Positions 1-9,142 of a DNA stretch of 64,000 nt are shown here, one piece after another. The stretch lies in the NCBI GenBank assembly GCA_963663165.1, contig OY760175.1:3008001-3072000 (forward strand), written 5' to 3'. Both the position numbers and the translations under genes were made by a program. This DNA is from an uncultured Desulfospira sp. Its GTDB lineage: Bacteria; Desulfobacterota; Desulfobacteria; Desulfobacterales; Desulfobacteraceae. The stretch's first letter is position 1; the number at the start of each line of letters is the position of its first letter. The notes under the pieces were generated by a model, which was not told where the DNA came from, did no database searches, and saw only the letters and a program-made list of their open reading frames with translations.

Positions 1-499
1 TGATTTTGGTTTCATGCTCAATGATGTAGATCAGCCGTTCAAGCACCTCGGGCAGGGCGCCGGAGGCTTCACCGGCATTGATCATGTTGCAGTAAAGTTC
101 GCTGAACACGTTGTCGTGTTTGGAAAATGCCCGGTAAAGGTTGGCCCCTTCCCGGACATCTTCCCTGATCTGGGAAATCACCTTTTGCAACCGCTTATTC
201 TCGGTCTGAAGTTCCATGGTGCTCATCACATCCATCAGCGGCACCCCGGCCTGGACCAGGGTTTTGAACTGCTTGGTAAACAGGATCATATCCCGGGGCT
301 TGACCGGGGTGAGCCGGTCCGAAAATTTTTCCATAAACCCGCCGCCGCCCAGGCCGCCATGGCCCTTTTCTTTGACGGTTTCCGGGATATACCCCCTGGC
401 AGACAGCATATCAAAGGCAAGGTCCCGGGACGGGGCCTCTATGTCTCCTTTGACCTGGGAGCCGTTTTCATTAATGGCTGTATAAGAAAAAAGCGTCAT
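1..499 (-). CDS. Type II secretion/type IV pilus inner-membrane platform protein (GspF/PilC/MshG family), 5' part only; runs off the window
   Basis: Not in the ORF track. Manual translation from ATG at 499: MTLFSYTAINENGSQVKGDIEAPSRDLAFDMLSARGYIP...DLILFTKQFKTLVQAGVPL...YCNMINAGEASG, typical of the PilC N-terminus. Lies directly downstream of the GspE/PilB ATPase. Confidence 0.9.
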   Translation of the reverse strand, partial: MTLFSYTAINENGSQVKGDIEAPSRDLAFDMLSARGYIPETVKEKGHGGLGGGGFMEKFSDRLTPVKPRDMILFTKQFKTLVQAGVPLMDVMSTMELQTENKRLQKVISQIREDVREGANLYRAFSKHDNVFSELYCNMINAGEASGALPEVLERLIYIIEHETKI

Positions 500-502
500 G
501 GC

Positions 503-2209
503 TTACATCATTACGGCGGAAGCCGCCTCCTCCGGGCTGGTTATGCCATTGGCCACCTTAATGGCGGCATCCTGTTTCAGGGTCTTAAGATGCCCTGAAG
601 CTTCACAGATCCGGGTGATCTCCTGGGCCGGTTTTCCGGACAGGATCATCTGCTGGACATCCTGGTTGATGTGCAGGACCTCATAGAGCCCGGTCCGGCC
701 GGAATATCCCGTATCCTTGCACTGAAGACACCCTTTTCCCCGGACAAAATCAACCCCCTGGGCCTGGTCAAGCTCCCAGAATTTACGGACCGGTTCGGGA
801 GGGGAGTAGGACTCCTTGCAATGGGGGCAGACCCGCCGGATCAGCCGCTGGGCAATGGCCACCAGCATGACCGAGGATACCAGGAAAGGCTCAATGCCCA
901 TGTCCACAAACCGGGTGACGGCCCCGGCCGCATCATTGGTATGCACGGTGCTGAGCACCATATGGCCGGTCAGGGCGGCCTGGACCGCAACCCCGGCGGT
1001 TTCGCCGTCCCGGATCTCACCGATCATGACCACGTCCGGGTCCTGGCGCAGGATGGCCCGAAGTCCCGAGGCAAACGTCATCCCGGCCTTTTTGTTGAGC
1101 TGGCCCTGGCGGACATGCTCCATCCGGTATTCCACGGGATCTTCAAGAGTGATGATGTTCACGTCCGGGGTATTGATGATCTTGAGCATGGAAAACAGCG
1201 AGGTGCTTTTCCCGGACCCGGTGGGGCCCGTGGCCAGGATCATGCCATAGGGCATTTTGATCATCTTTTCGATGAGCGCGATATCTTTGGGATCTACCCC
1301 AAGCTTGTCCAGAGAATAAATCCCGGCGCTGGTGTCCAGAAGGCGAAGCACCACGTTTTCCCCGTATACCGTGGGGATGGTGGACACACGGATATTGATC
1401 TCTTTGTCCTGGACAAAGATAGTGAACCGCCCGTCCTGGGGAATCCTTGACACTGAAATGTCCAGGGAGGCCAGAATTTTAAGACGGGAGACAATAGACA
1501 TGAACATGCCCTTGGGCGGGGCCGGTATATTGTGCAGTTTTCCGTCCACCCTGAACCGGATTTCCACGTAGGTCTTTTCCGGGCTTAAGTGGACATCCGA
1601 GGCGCCTTCTTTGACGGCCTGGGTTAGAATAGAGTTGACCAGACGGATGACCGGGGCTTCTTCGGCCATGTCCATGAGTGAGGAAATGGCATTCTGGCGC
1701 TGTTCCTCCATCTCGTCCTGAACATCCATCCCCTCCATTTCCTGGATGTTTTCCATCACCCCGTCGGAACCCGAATAGGTACCGTAAACCGAGGAAATCA
1801 GGATCCCGAGTTCCTGCTCCGTGCAGATCACTGGCTCGACTTCCGTGTCTGTATAGACCTCAATATGATCCAGGGCATTGATGTCCAGAGGGTCAGTCAT
1901 GGCCAGGAACAATACCGTGCCTTCGGTATGAATGGGAACGGCCTGGTATTTTCTGGCCGTATCCACATCAATAATATCGGCAAGGGCCGTGGTAACCGCA
2001 AATTCACTGGGGTCGTACCGTTTGATTTTAACCTGGTCGGAAATCAGCTCTACAATGGCTTTCTCACTGACGATGCCTTCTGAAATCAAGTGCTGCCCCA
2101 GGCGTTTGCCGCTTCCCCTCATGGCCTTCAACGCCTGTTCGAGCTGCGCCTTTTCCAGTATTCCGGCTTCAACGAGCATTTCACCCAGGCGCTTGCGTTT
2201 ATTTATCAT
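503..2209 (-). CDS. GspE/PilB/MshE-family assembly ATPase with N-terminal MshEN (c-di-GMP-binding) domain
   Basis: Walker A GPTGSGKST, Asp box TLEDPVE, LRQDPDVVMIGEIRD, His box HMVLSTVHTND, CxxC zinc motifs; tandem RLGxxLxxxG motifs at the N-terminus. Confidence 0.95.
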   Translation of the reverse strand: MINKRKRLGEMLVEAGILEKAQLEQALKAMRGSGKRLGQHLISEGIVSEKAIVELISDQVKIKRYDPSEFAVTTALADIIDVDTARKYQAVPIHTEGTVLFLAMTDPLDINALDHIEVYTDTEVEPVICTEQELGILISSVYGTYSGSDGVMENIQEMEGMDVQDEMEEQRQNAISSLMDMAEEAPVIRLVNSILTQAVKEGASDVHLSPEKTYVEIRFRVDGKLHNIPAPPKGMFMSIVSRLKILASLDISVSRIPQDGRFTIFVQDKEINIRVSTIPTVYGENVVLRLLDTSAGIYSLDKLGVDPKDIALIEKMIKMPYGMILATGPTGSGKSTSLFSMLKIINTPDVNIITLEDPVEYRMEHVRQGQLNKKAGMTFASGLRAILRQDPDVVMIGEIRDGETAGVAVQAALTGHMVLSTVHTNDAAGAVTRFVDMGIEPFLVSSVMLVAIAQRLIRRVCPHCKESYSPPEPVRKFWELDQAQGVDFVRGKGCLQCKDTGYSGRTGLYEVLHINQDVQQMILSGKPAQEITRICEASGHLKTLKQDAAIKVANGITSPEEAASAVMM

Positions 2210-2242
2210 TCATTTCCTCTCTTGCGCTTATAAATCCAATCG

Positions 2243-3910
2243 CTACAAAATTTTCCGGTCCTGAATCAGATCGGCAATATGGGTTTCCTTAAACATCCAG
2301 GCAGATGCCGGCTGATGAAATAAAAAGAACCGGGCGGTCCTGGCATCGGCAAACACCCGGTCCATGACCACATAAAACACAAACCCGGTAGAACGGTTCC
2401 ATGCCGGCAAAATCCGGGCATCCAGCCCCTCCTGGATGCACTGCCTTGTTTTATCATAGGCCTGGCCAAAATTTAGAAACCGGCCGGCCGAGAGACAGGC
2501 CTTATCCTTGGTCCACGGGTATGTGGATGTCCGGATCACCGGGAAATGGATATGCTGTCCTTTCATGACCCAATTGGGATTCTCAATTCCCGGGTTCTGT
2601 GCCAGTACCTGGTTGATAAAATCAAGGGAACATGATCCATAAATAGCTGTGATCATGGAATAAAGGGTTTCCTGCCCCCCAACGGTGACCGTGCCCAGCA
2701 GCAGCGGCATATCCGCTGCCGGGCCGATGTTTTCGATGGCGTTGGCCCCTGGTCCCGGCATGTGGGATTCCTCGGCCAGAATCGGCTCATGGACCGGGTT
2801 GACCGGCGGTGCCGTGGTGACCGGGGCCGCTTTGGGGACCGGGGCTCTGAGAATGGGTCTGATCACCGTGGCCGGGGCCGCCATGGCCTGCTGGACCGGC
2901 ATGTTTTGTTCTGCATGAAGCCCGGCCGCCACCGGTCCGGTGGCGCCTGACAGCCAGCCGAATAATCTATTGTCAAAAAGCATCCCGCTGTTGATGGCCA
3001 CCAGCAGGATCAGGACGGCTGCGGCCAGGGAAACTGCCGGCATCATGGAGACTTTGGTCTTCCGGTCATGGGGAAACACCTCAGCCCCGCAGTGATGGAC
3101 AAAATAAGAGCCGGCCACAGGCTGGTTCCGGATAATCATGGCCAGAATAACATCATGGCACAGGTTGATAATTTTCCGGGGATACCCCCTTGTGATCCGG
3201 TACACGGCCCAGAATCCGGAAAATGTAAACCGCGGCAGGTCACTGCTGTCAAAGTATTCGGGGGAGGCACTGCTGGAGATCCTGAACCGGATCAGGTTCC
3301 GGGTTTCGGCAAACCCCAAAGGAGAAAACGTGTACCGAAAGTTGATCCGGTCTACAAAGTTTTCCATATCCGCGACCATGGGATCAAACTCTTTCTGGGC
3401 AAAGATGACGATCTGTAACAATTTTTTGTCGTTGGTTTCGTAATTGAGCAGTTCCCTTAAAGTCTCCAGACAGGAGACGGGAAGCTTCTGGCCTTCATCT
3501 ATCAACAGCACCGTGGTCATATCTTTGTCCACCCCGTGGGAGAATAAGTCTGTTTTGATTTTCTCCTTAAGGGATAACGCATCATCTTCAAGCCGTTCTT
3601 CCGGATCGATTCCGGCAAAGTGGCGGTAAATACAGGCCAGGAATTCAAGCGGCGAAGCAAACCCGGGATCCAGGATTAAAAAATGGCGGATTTTCTTATC
3701 ATTGGAAATCTTACGGATCAACTGCCGGCATACGGTGGTTTTTCCCGTCCCCACATCCCCTGTGACCACATTGAGCCCCCGGCGCAGCCGAAGGGAAAGC
3801 TCAAGCTTCTGCAAAACGTGCCAGTGCTGCCTGGAGTGAAAAAACAACCCCGGGTCAGGGGAATTGGAAAAGGGTTCCTTTTCCAGGTGAAGGGTCCGGT
3901 AATAGGTCAT
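2243..3910 (-). CDS. ExeA/MshM-like AAA ATPase with one TM segment and a C-terminal LysM-like domain
   Basis: EPFSNSPDP N-terminus, GDVGTGKTT, LLIDEGQ, GYPRKIINLC; hydrophobic segment; TVGGQETLYSMITAIYG...NPGIENPNWVMKGQHIHFP resembles LysM. Confidence 0.88.
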   Translation of the reverse strand: MTYYRTLHLEKEPFSNSPDPGLFFHSRQHWHVLQKLELSLRLRRGLNVVTGDVGTGKTTVCRQLIRKISNDKKIRHFLILDPGFASPLEFLACIYRHFAGIDPEERLEDDALSLKEKIKTDLFSHGVDKDMTTVLLIDEGQKLPVSCLETLRELLNYETNDKKLLQIVIFAQKEFDPMVADMENFVDRINFRYTFSPLGFAETRNLIRFRISSSASPEYFDSSDLPRFTFSGFWAVYRITRGYPRKIINLCHDVILAMIIRNQPVAGSYFVHHCGAEVFPHDRKTKVSMMPAVSLAAAVLILLVAINSGMLFDNRLFGWLSGATGPVAAGLHAEQNMPVQQAMAAPATVIRPILRAPVPKAAPVTTAPPVNPVHEPILAEESHMPGPGANAIENIGPAADMPLLLGTVTVGGQETLYSMITAIYGSCSLDFINQVLAQNPGIENPNWVMKGQHIHFPVIRTSTYPWTKDKACLSAGRFLNFGQAYDKTRQCIQEGLDARILPAWNRSTGFVFYVVMDRVFADARTARFFLFHQPASAWMFKETHIADLIQDRKIL

Positions 3911-3916
3911 TTCGTC

Positions 3917-5629
3917 TTACTCAACTGTTTTTTCGGAAGCCGAAGCGGCGGCGGCTTCGTCGACTGTCCGGCCTTTCAAAATATGGGGCGTGATAAAAAT
4001 GAGCAGCTCCTCCATTTCCGAAGAATTGCCCTGGGTCTTAAACAGCCAGCCCAGGCCCGGTACATCCTTTAGGTAGGGCACCCCGGATTCGGATTCTTCG
4101 AGATTCTCTTTATTCAGCCCGCCGATGACCGTTGTCTGGCCGTCAAACAGGTTCACCATGGTTTCCGCATTTTTGGTGGTAATGGTGGGGTTGCCGTCCA
4201 CAGTGTTGGTAAAGTCCAGTTCATCCTTGTGGGTGAGGATCTCCAGCCGGACAATATTGTCATCAATGACATGGGGGGTCACTTCAAGGCTGATAACGGC
4301 TTTTCGCCACTCAATGCTGACCTCCCCGTCCTCAACGGTCTGAAAGGGCACGTCCTTGCCCGACTCAATACTGGCGGTATGGTGGTCCAGGGTGGTGATG
4401 GAGGGTTTGGACAAAATATTAACCTTGCCTTCCTGCTCCAAGGCGGTCAGTTCCGTATAAAGCATCCAGTCCCCGACTTTCTGGGTAAGCATACCAAAAG
4501 ACAGGCCGCCCGAACTTGCCGTCGCCTCGGCCGCATCCTGAAGAAAAGAGCTGACCATATTGAGTTCATTTTCCCCGGCATCATTCTCTTCCGTGGTAAA
4601 GGCCGATGTCCCGAGCATGCCCGTGGTACTCTTACTCCCGTCACTGTTGGTTCCGATGCCAAGTCCGCCCCACTGGACCCCAAGCTCTCTGGCCGTATCC
4701 GATGTGGCTTCCACAATGTGGGCCTCAATGAGTACCTGCCGGCTGGGCTGGTCGATTTTCCGGATCAACGGTAAAATTTTGTCCAGATCCGACCGGGTCG
4801 CATTAACGATGAGAGAGTTGGTATTTTTATCCTTTAAGATAGACCCCCGGAAATCTATTTCCGATCCGGATTCACCTTTTTTGCCGCTGCCCTCGGTAAC
4901 GGATTTTTTAAGGGCCGCTTCCTTTGAATTGGTCACCAGATACTTTTCTAAGTTTTCCCGCAGCTCGTCCAGATCGGAAAAGTTAATCTTGACCACCCGG
5001 GTCACCAGGGGCTCAAGCTGCTCCTGCTTTCTGGCGATTTCCTGCATGGCCAGCACATGTTCTTTTTTGCTTTTCTGGTATTTTTGCTTGGCCTCCATCA
5101 GGGCGATCTCCCGGTTCAGGTCTTCCACGGTCACGACCCTGAGAATGTCCCCGCTCCACTTATAGGTCAGGCCATAGGTCCCTAACAGCCCCAAAAATGC
5201 CTCGTCCCAGGGCACATTGACAATATTGATCTTGGCCTGGCCGGAAACGGTTTCATTGATGAGAATATTGACATCTGCGGCCCTGGCCAGGGTGCGCAGC
5301 AAAACCGCCACCGGGACATCATGCATTTTCATGGTCAGCCGCATTTTGGGCAGGGCCTTTTCCGGAACATCATCCGAATCAGACGCTTCAGGCGCATGTT
5401 GTTTTTCTTCCATCTGCCTGACGGTTTCCGCAATTTCCCTGTCTGCCTGCTCAATATAGGGGCGGGGGTCAGGGGTTGCCTTGGGCGAATTTTCGGCCAT
5501 AATCCGCCATCTTTCGAACCGGTCCGTTTTCTCGGCCTCCTTCTGGGTTGCCTGGCAGCCGGAATTGAAGGCCATGAAGATCAACGCTAAAAAGCCGATT
5601 TGGATGCATTTTTTCATTTTGTTTTCCAT
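3917..5629 (-). CDS. pilQ: PilQ/MshL-type secretin (possibly a lipoprotein)
   Basis: QVLIEAHIVE, ELGVQWG, ILSKPSITTLD, GQTTVIGGL, GVPYLKDVPGLGWLF, ELLIFITPHI; N-terminal NSGC lipobox-like motif. Confidence 0.93.
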   Translation of the reverse strand: MENKMKKCIQIGFLALIFMAFNSGCQATQKEAEKTDRFERWRIMAENSPKATPDPRPYIEQADREIAETVRQMEEKQHAPEASDSDDVPEKALPKMRLTMKMHDVPVAVLLRTLARAADVNILINETVSGQAKINIVNVPWDEAFLGLLGTYGLTYKWSGDILRVVTVEDLNREIALMEAKQKYQKSKKEHVLAMQEIARKQEQLEPLVTRVVKINFSDLDELRENLEKYLVTNSKEAALKKSVTEGSGKKGESGSEIDFRGSILKDKNTNSLIVNATRSDLDKILPLIRKIDQPSRQVLIEAHIVEATSDTARELGVQWGGLGIGTNSDGSKSTTGMLGTSAFTTEENDAGENELNMVSSFLQDAAEATASSGGLSFGMLTQKVGDWMLYTELTALEQEGKVNILSKPSITTLDHHTASIESGKDVPFQTVEDGEVSIEWRKAVISLEVTPHVIDDNIVRLEILTHKDELDFTNTVDGNPTITTKNAETMVNLFDGQTTVIGGLNKENLEESESGVPYLKDVPGLGWLFKTQGNSSEMEELLIFITPHILKGRTVDEAAAASASEKTVE

Positions 5630-5657
5630 TACCTGTATTGGTTTTAAGCCTCTTAAT

Positions 5658-6152
5658 TTACTCTTCTTGAAGATAAAGCGTGACCTTTTTACCGGTCTGG
5701 GTGACCAGCACCACCTTTAACGGGGTGATCTGGCTGACCTTGTACCCGGCATCCAGGATGAGTTCCCCGATGCTGTATTCCATTCCGTTAATGACCCCTA
5801 AAATGGTTTCCCCGACCTGGATAAACCCCGAGTAAATCAGGGCCGGCATGTCCTTTTCCTTTTCCCGGTCCTGATCGGCTGAATCGCCGGTGTACAGGAT
5901 AAACGGGTCACTCAGCCACATGCTTTCAGCCCTTGTTTTAATGTAAGCCAGGGCCTCTTTGCCTTTCCCGGCTTTTAATGCGGTCAGATTGGCATTGGCT
6001 TTCTGGGTAACGGCTTCAGCCTCGGTGGCAGCGGCGGCAATTTGCTGTTCAGCAGACCCTTGTTTGTCATTGCCCAGCACAAAGTAATCCAGCAGGCCGT
6101 AAAGGGCCAGCAGTCCTGCCAAAACGATGATGATGGTTTCTCTTTTATTCAT
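5658..6152 (-). CDS. PilP/MshK/GspB-like pilus accessory protein
   Basis: N-terminal TM, DPF motif, C-terminal YSGFI...GVING.EY.IGE beta domain; position between PilO-like and secretin genes. Confidence 0.6.
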   Translation of the reverse strand: MNKRETIIIVLAGLLALYGLLDYFVLGNDKQGSAEQQIAAAATEAEAVTQKANANLTALKAGKGKEALAYIKTRAESMWLSDPFILYTGDSADQDREKEKDMPALIYSGFIQVGETILGVINGMEYSIGELILDAGYKVSQITPLKVVLVTQTGKKVTLYLQEE

Positions 6153-6169
6153 TGGTCCGCGTCATTTTT

Positions 6170-6739
6170 TTAATTGGAATGGTTATCGGCTATGGCCACC
6201 TGAACCCGTATATTGCATTGCCGGATATTCTCCTGATTTGTCGTAATTTCCATATTCTCAACGATTTTAAAACAGGGCAGCCCGGCGATGTCGATCAGGC
6301 AGGGCCTGAACCGGGTAAGCTCCCCTTTAAAGGTCAGGTCCAGGGCAATCATGCTGGCCCCGATATTAAAAGACTCCGTGTCCAGCCGGTTTTCCGACAG
6401 GATCACCCCGTGTTTCCGGGCGATATCATTAAACACCTGGGACAGGCCCGATACCTGGCCCCTTGAAATGGCCTGGCGCTCGGGAAAGGGAAGGGCCGCC
6501 TCAAAGGCCTGGTCGGCCAGGACCTGGGCTGCCGCATATACCGGGAAAAACCGTTTCTGTTCTTCCAGGCGGATGGATTGTTTAACCCAGGCCTCATTGA
6601 TATTCCGGATACGCCGGTACTTGGGGTACAACAGCCCCAAGGCCACCGCCACAATGAGAAGGACTGACCCGATAATCAGCCAGACCGTCAGGGAAAACTT
6701 TTTCTTATTCCCCTTTTCTCCCTTTTGTTTTCCTGCCAT
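6170..6739 (-). CDS. PilO/MshJ-like bitopic pilus assembly protein
   Basis: Basic N-terminus, one TM, coiled coil, LTFKGE...F...L ferredoxin-like motif; synteny. Confidence 0.65.
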   Translation of the reverse strand: MAGKQKGEKGNKKKFSLTVWLIIGSVLLIVAVALGLLYPKYRRIRNINEAWVKQSIRLEEQKRFFPVYAAAQVLADQAFEAALPFPERQAISRGQVSGLSQVFNDIARKHGVILSENRLDTESFNIGASMIALDLTFKGELTRFRPCLIDIAGLPCFKIVENMEITTNQENIRQCNIRVQVAIADNHSN

Positions 6740-8524
6740 CTAAAGTATCTCCATGTCTGCAATGAACTTAAGCACATTGGTGTCCCCGCTGTATTCCACT
6801 TTTTTATCCTCAAGCACCACATTCCCGAACAAGGGGGAGTCTCCAAGGGCGATCACATATCCGGTCAGAGAAGATTCAAGGGCTGTAAACTCCGCATTCA
6901 CCACGCCATGAAGCCTGAAGTGCCGCTTTTTCTCCGACATCTTCCGGCTCTTTTTTCCATTGGTATTCCCGGCATTGTCCTCTTTTGACGAAATCAGGCC
7001 GGCATCCACAGAAACAATGGAAATATTCTCCGGCGTCAGGGAACACAATTCGCTGACCACGGCAAGGGACAGATAATCACTGGTATAAGAACGAATCATC
7101 TCCACCTTTTTTTGGGCCTGGTGGATTTTCAGGTCCAGCACCCGGGGGGTGACCTCGGTTTCATACTGGGCCAGCTGGGCTTGAACCTGGTTGAGTTTTC
7201 TGGTTTCCTGATTCTGCACCTGGCCAAGCCAGGCCCAGACACCGCCGCAAATCAACAGTCCGGAAAGCCCGGCGGCAACCACCAGCATGTTGATCTTTCT
7301 GGCCTTTGCGGCCAGCTCCTTTTCTTTATGGGTGTAAAGGAAATTCGGGGTATAGGCGTTATCAGACAGGGCAATGCCGACGGCCGGAATGACACCGTTC
7401 CTTTCTACGGCCCTGCCGGGCGGTTCCAGGCCCAATGGCGTGCCGGTGCTTTCCCAGGGGGTAAACAGGGCGGCCCGGTCAGGCATCATTTCGCCGGCAA
7501 AGGTTAAAAACGCCTGGCTGTCATCGGTCTCCCCGAAAAAATAGTACTTTGAAATGGGCTCATTGGCCAGGTAAACGTTGGAGCAATACTCACCGGTTCT
7601 CTGGATTTTGCCCACCAGCCGGCCGGCAGCCCCGGCCAGATCCTCATACCCGGGGTCATCCAGTCTTTTCCTTTCCGCCAGAAACCCGGGGACATCGGCC
7701 GCATCCTGGGCAAGGGCGGTTCCTTCAAAGGCTTCAACCAGGCTGTGGGAACCGGTTTTAATACTTCTGGCCACCAGGACACCTTCCTGGGACAGGCAGA
7801 AAATTTCAGACCGGTGCCGCCGGATATTCACCAGGACAACCGGGTTTTCACCGATGTCCGGCTGTCCGGTCAGAATGCAGTTCTGGAGGGCAAAGGGCGT
7901 GCCGGTCACACCGGCAAGGGAATACCCGGCCGATGAAAACAGCCTCTTTAGGTTTTGTATGGCGGCCCGGCTGCCGGCAAAGGCCACCACATTTTTCTTT
8001 TTGGCCCCGCTTTCGGTGATATCGGAAATCGCCTCATAATCAAACACTTCTTCAACAGGATCAAATTCGATTTCTTTTTTCAATGCCCACATGGCCGCAT
8101 TGGCAAGCTTTGATTCCGGCAGGTTGGGAACAACGATTTTTCTTAATTTAATGTCTTTTGTATCAATGGCGGCCCATATGGAAACGTTTTTATAGCCTTT
8201 TAAAAAGCCGGACAGGCCGGACCTGAGGAATGCGGGAAACCGGCTGTCCTTCATATCCATATTGCCGGGATAGGGCAGGTTTTCCCATTTGACCAGTTCC
8301 TTTACCCCGCCCCGTTTCTGTTCCCCGGTCAACGCCATTGAAAGGCAGTTGGCCCCAAACTGAACACCGGCACAAAGGTTAAACCGGACGTTATTTTTAA
8401 GGGAGGCCCCCCCTGAAGCATCCGGAGAAATGGAGACCGGTTCCTGTGCCGAAAGCGGCGGATTCTCACTCCGAATGGAGTCCAACAATTTTTCGGTTGA
8501 ATTTAAGTCATTTGAATCTGTCAC
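6740..8524 (-). CDS. PilM-PilN fusion (MshI/GspL-like) pilus assembly protein
   Basis: Actin-like cytoplasmic region (IKLRKIVVP, EIEFDPVEEVFDY, LVARSIKTG), PNFL linker, TM, then PilN-like periplasmic part (ELCSLTPENISI, FRLHG, SPLFGNV). GTG start. Confidence 0.75.
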   Translation of the reverse strand: MTDSNDLNSTEKLLDSIRSENPPLSAQEPVSISPDASGGASLKNNVRFNLCAGVQFGANCLSMALTGEQKRGGVKELVKWENLPYPGNMDMKDSRFPAFLRSGLSGFLKGYKNVSIWAAIDTKDIKLRKIVVPNLPESKLANAAMWALKKEIEFDPVEEVFDYEAISDITESGAKKKNVVAFAGSRAAIQNLKRLFSSAGYSLAGVTGTPFALQNCILTGQPDIGENPVVLVNIRRHRSEIFCLSQEGVLVARSIKTGSHSLVEAFEGTALAQDAADVPGFLAERKRLDDPGYEDLAGAAGRLVGKIQRTGEYCSNVYLANEPISKYYFFGETDDSQAFLTFAGEMMPDRAALFTPWESTGTPLGLEPPGRAVERNGVIPAVGIALSDNAYTPNFLYTHKEKELAAKARKINMLVVAAGLSGLLICGGVWAWLGQVQNQETRKLNQVQAQLAQYETEVTPRVLDLKIHQAQKKVEMIRSYTSDYLSLAVVSELCSLTPENISIVSVDAGLISSKEDNAGNTNGKKSRKMSEKKRHFRLHGVVNAEFTALESSLTGYVIALGDSPLFGNVVLEDKKVEYSGDTNVLKFIADMEIL

Positions 8525-9142
8525 AACAACCCCTTTAGGTATATGTCAATTCTGAGCACTTTTAACCTAAATGATGTCTAATTATCTGCCTTTAAATGCC
8601 AAAACGAAAGTGACGATATCCCAAAACGGATCCGGCCTTTCTATGTTCTAATTTCCAAACTTTCCCAAGACATTTTTTTCAACTTCTAGCGTGATGCCGG
8701 GCTCCTTTAGATACGGAAATAACAAGCATTATCCGTTGCTTTCACCCGGGCTTTAATTAAGCCTGTTTCACCGGTCTTGTCAATACCATTTCGGCCTTTG
8801 CAGGCAGATTATCCCCAATGGAGATGAATGAATAATTTTTTAAAAAAAGAAAACCTAAGTTGATCCTGCTGTAAAAGAACATCACCACCCATATAATGTA
8901 CTAAAAATACATAAAGATTTTTATTTTGACAACCCTTAAATGACATCCGGCCGCTTTTTCCTCTCATCCGGGCTGTTTTTTATCCATAAAAATTAAATAT
9001 GGACTTTCCAGGCTGATCCCGGGTATATTTTAACAGATTTCGCCATCGCCCTGATTATGACAGGATTAAAAACTTTTTTTACTTCAACGCAATTAAAGCA
9101 AAGAAAGTACTGTATATTTAAGGAACCTAGGAAAACAAATCA

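Noticed and set aside
14..1571. Long plus-strand ORFs antisense to the pilus genes, and similar shadow ORFs throughout the window
   Set aside because: Typical antisense shadows of GC-rich coding sequence; the opposite strand carries clear family motifs.
8525..9142. Riboswitch or sRNA in the long pilus/kinase intergenic region
   Set aside because: Some pairing potential near 8695-8750 and a minus-strand TTGACA at 8778-8783, but no recognisable family motif and a weak -10.
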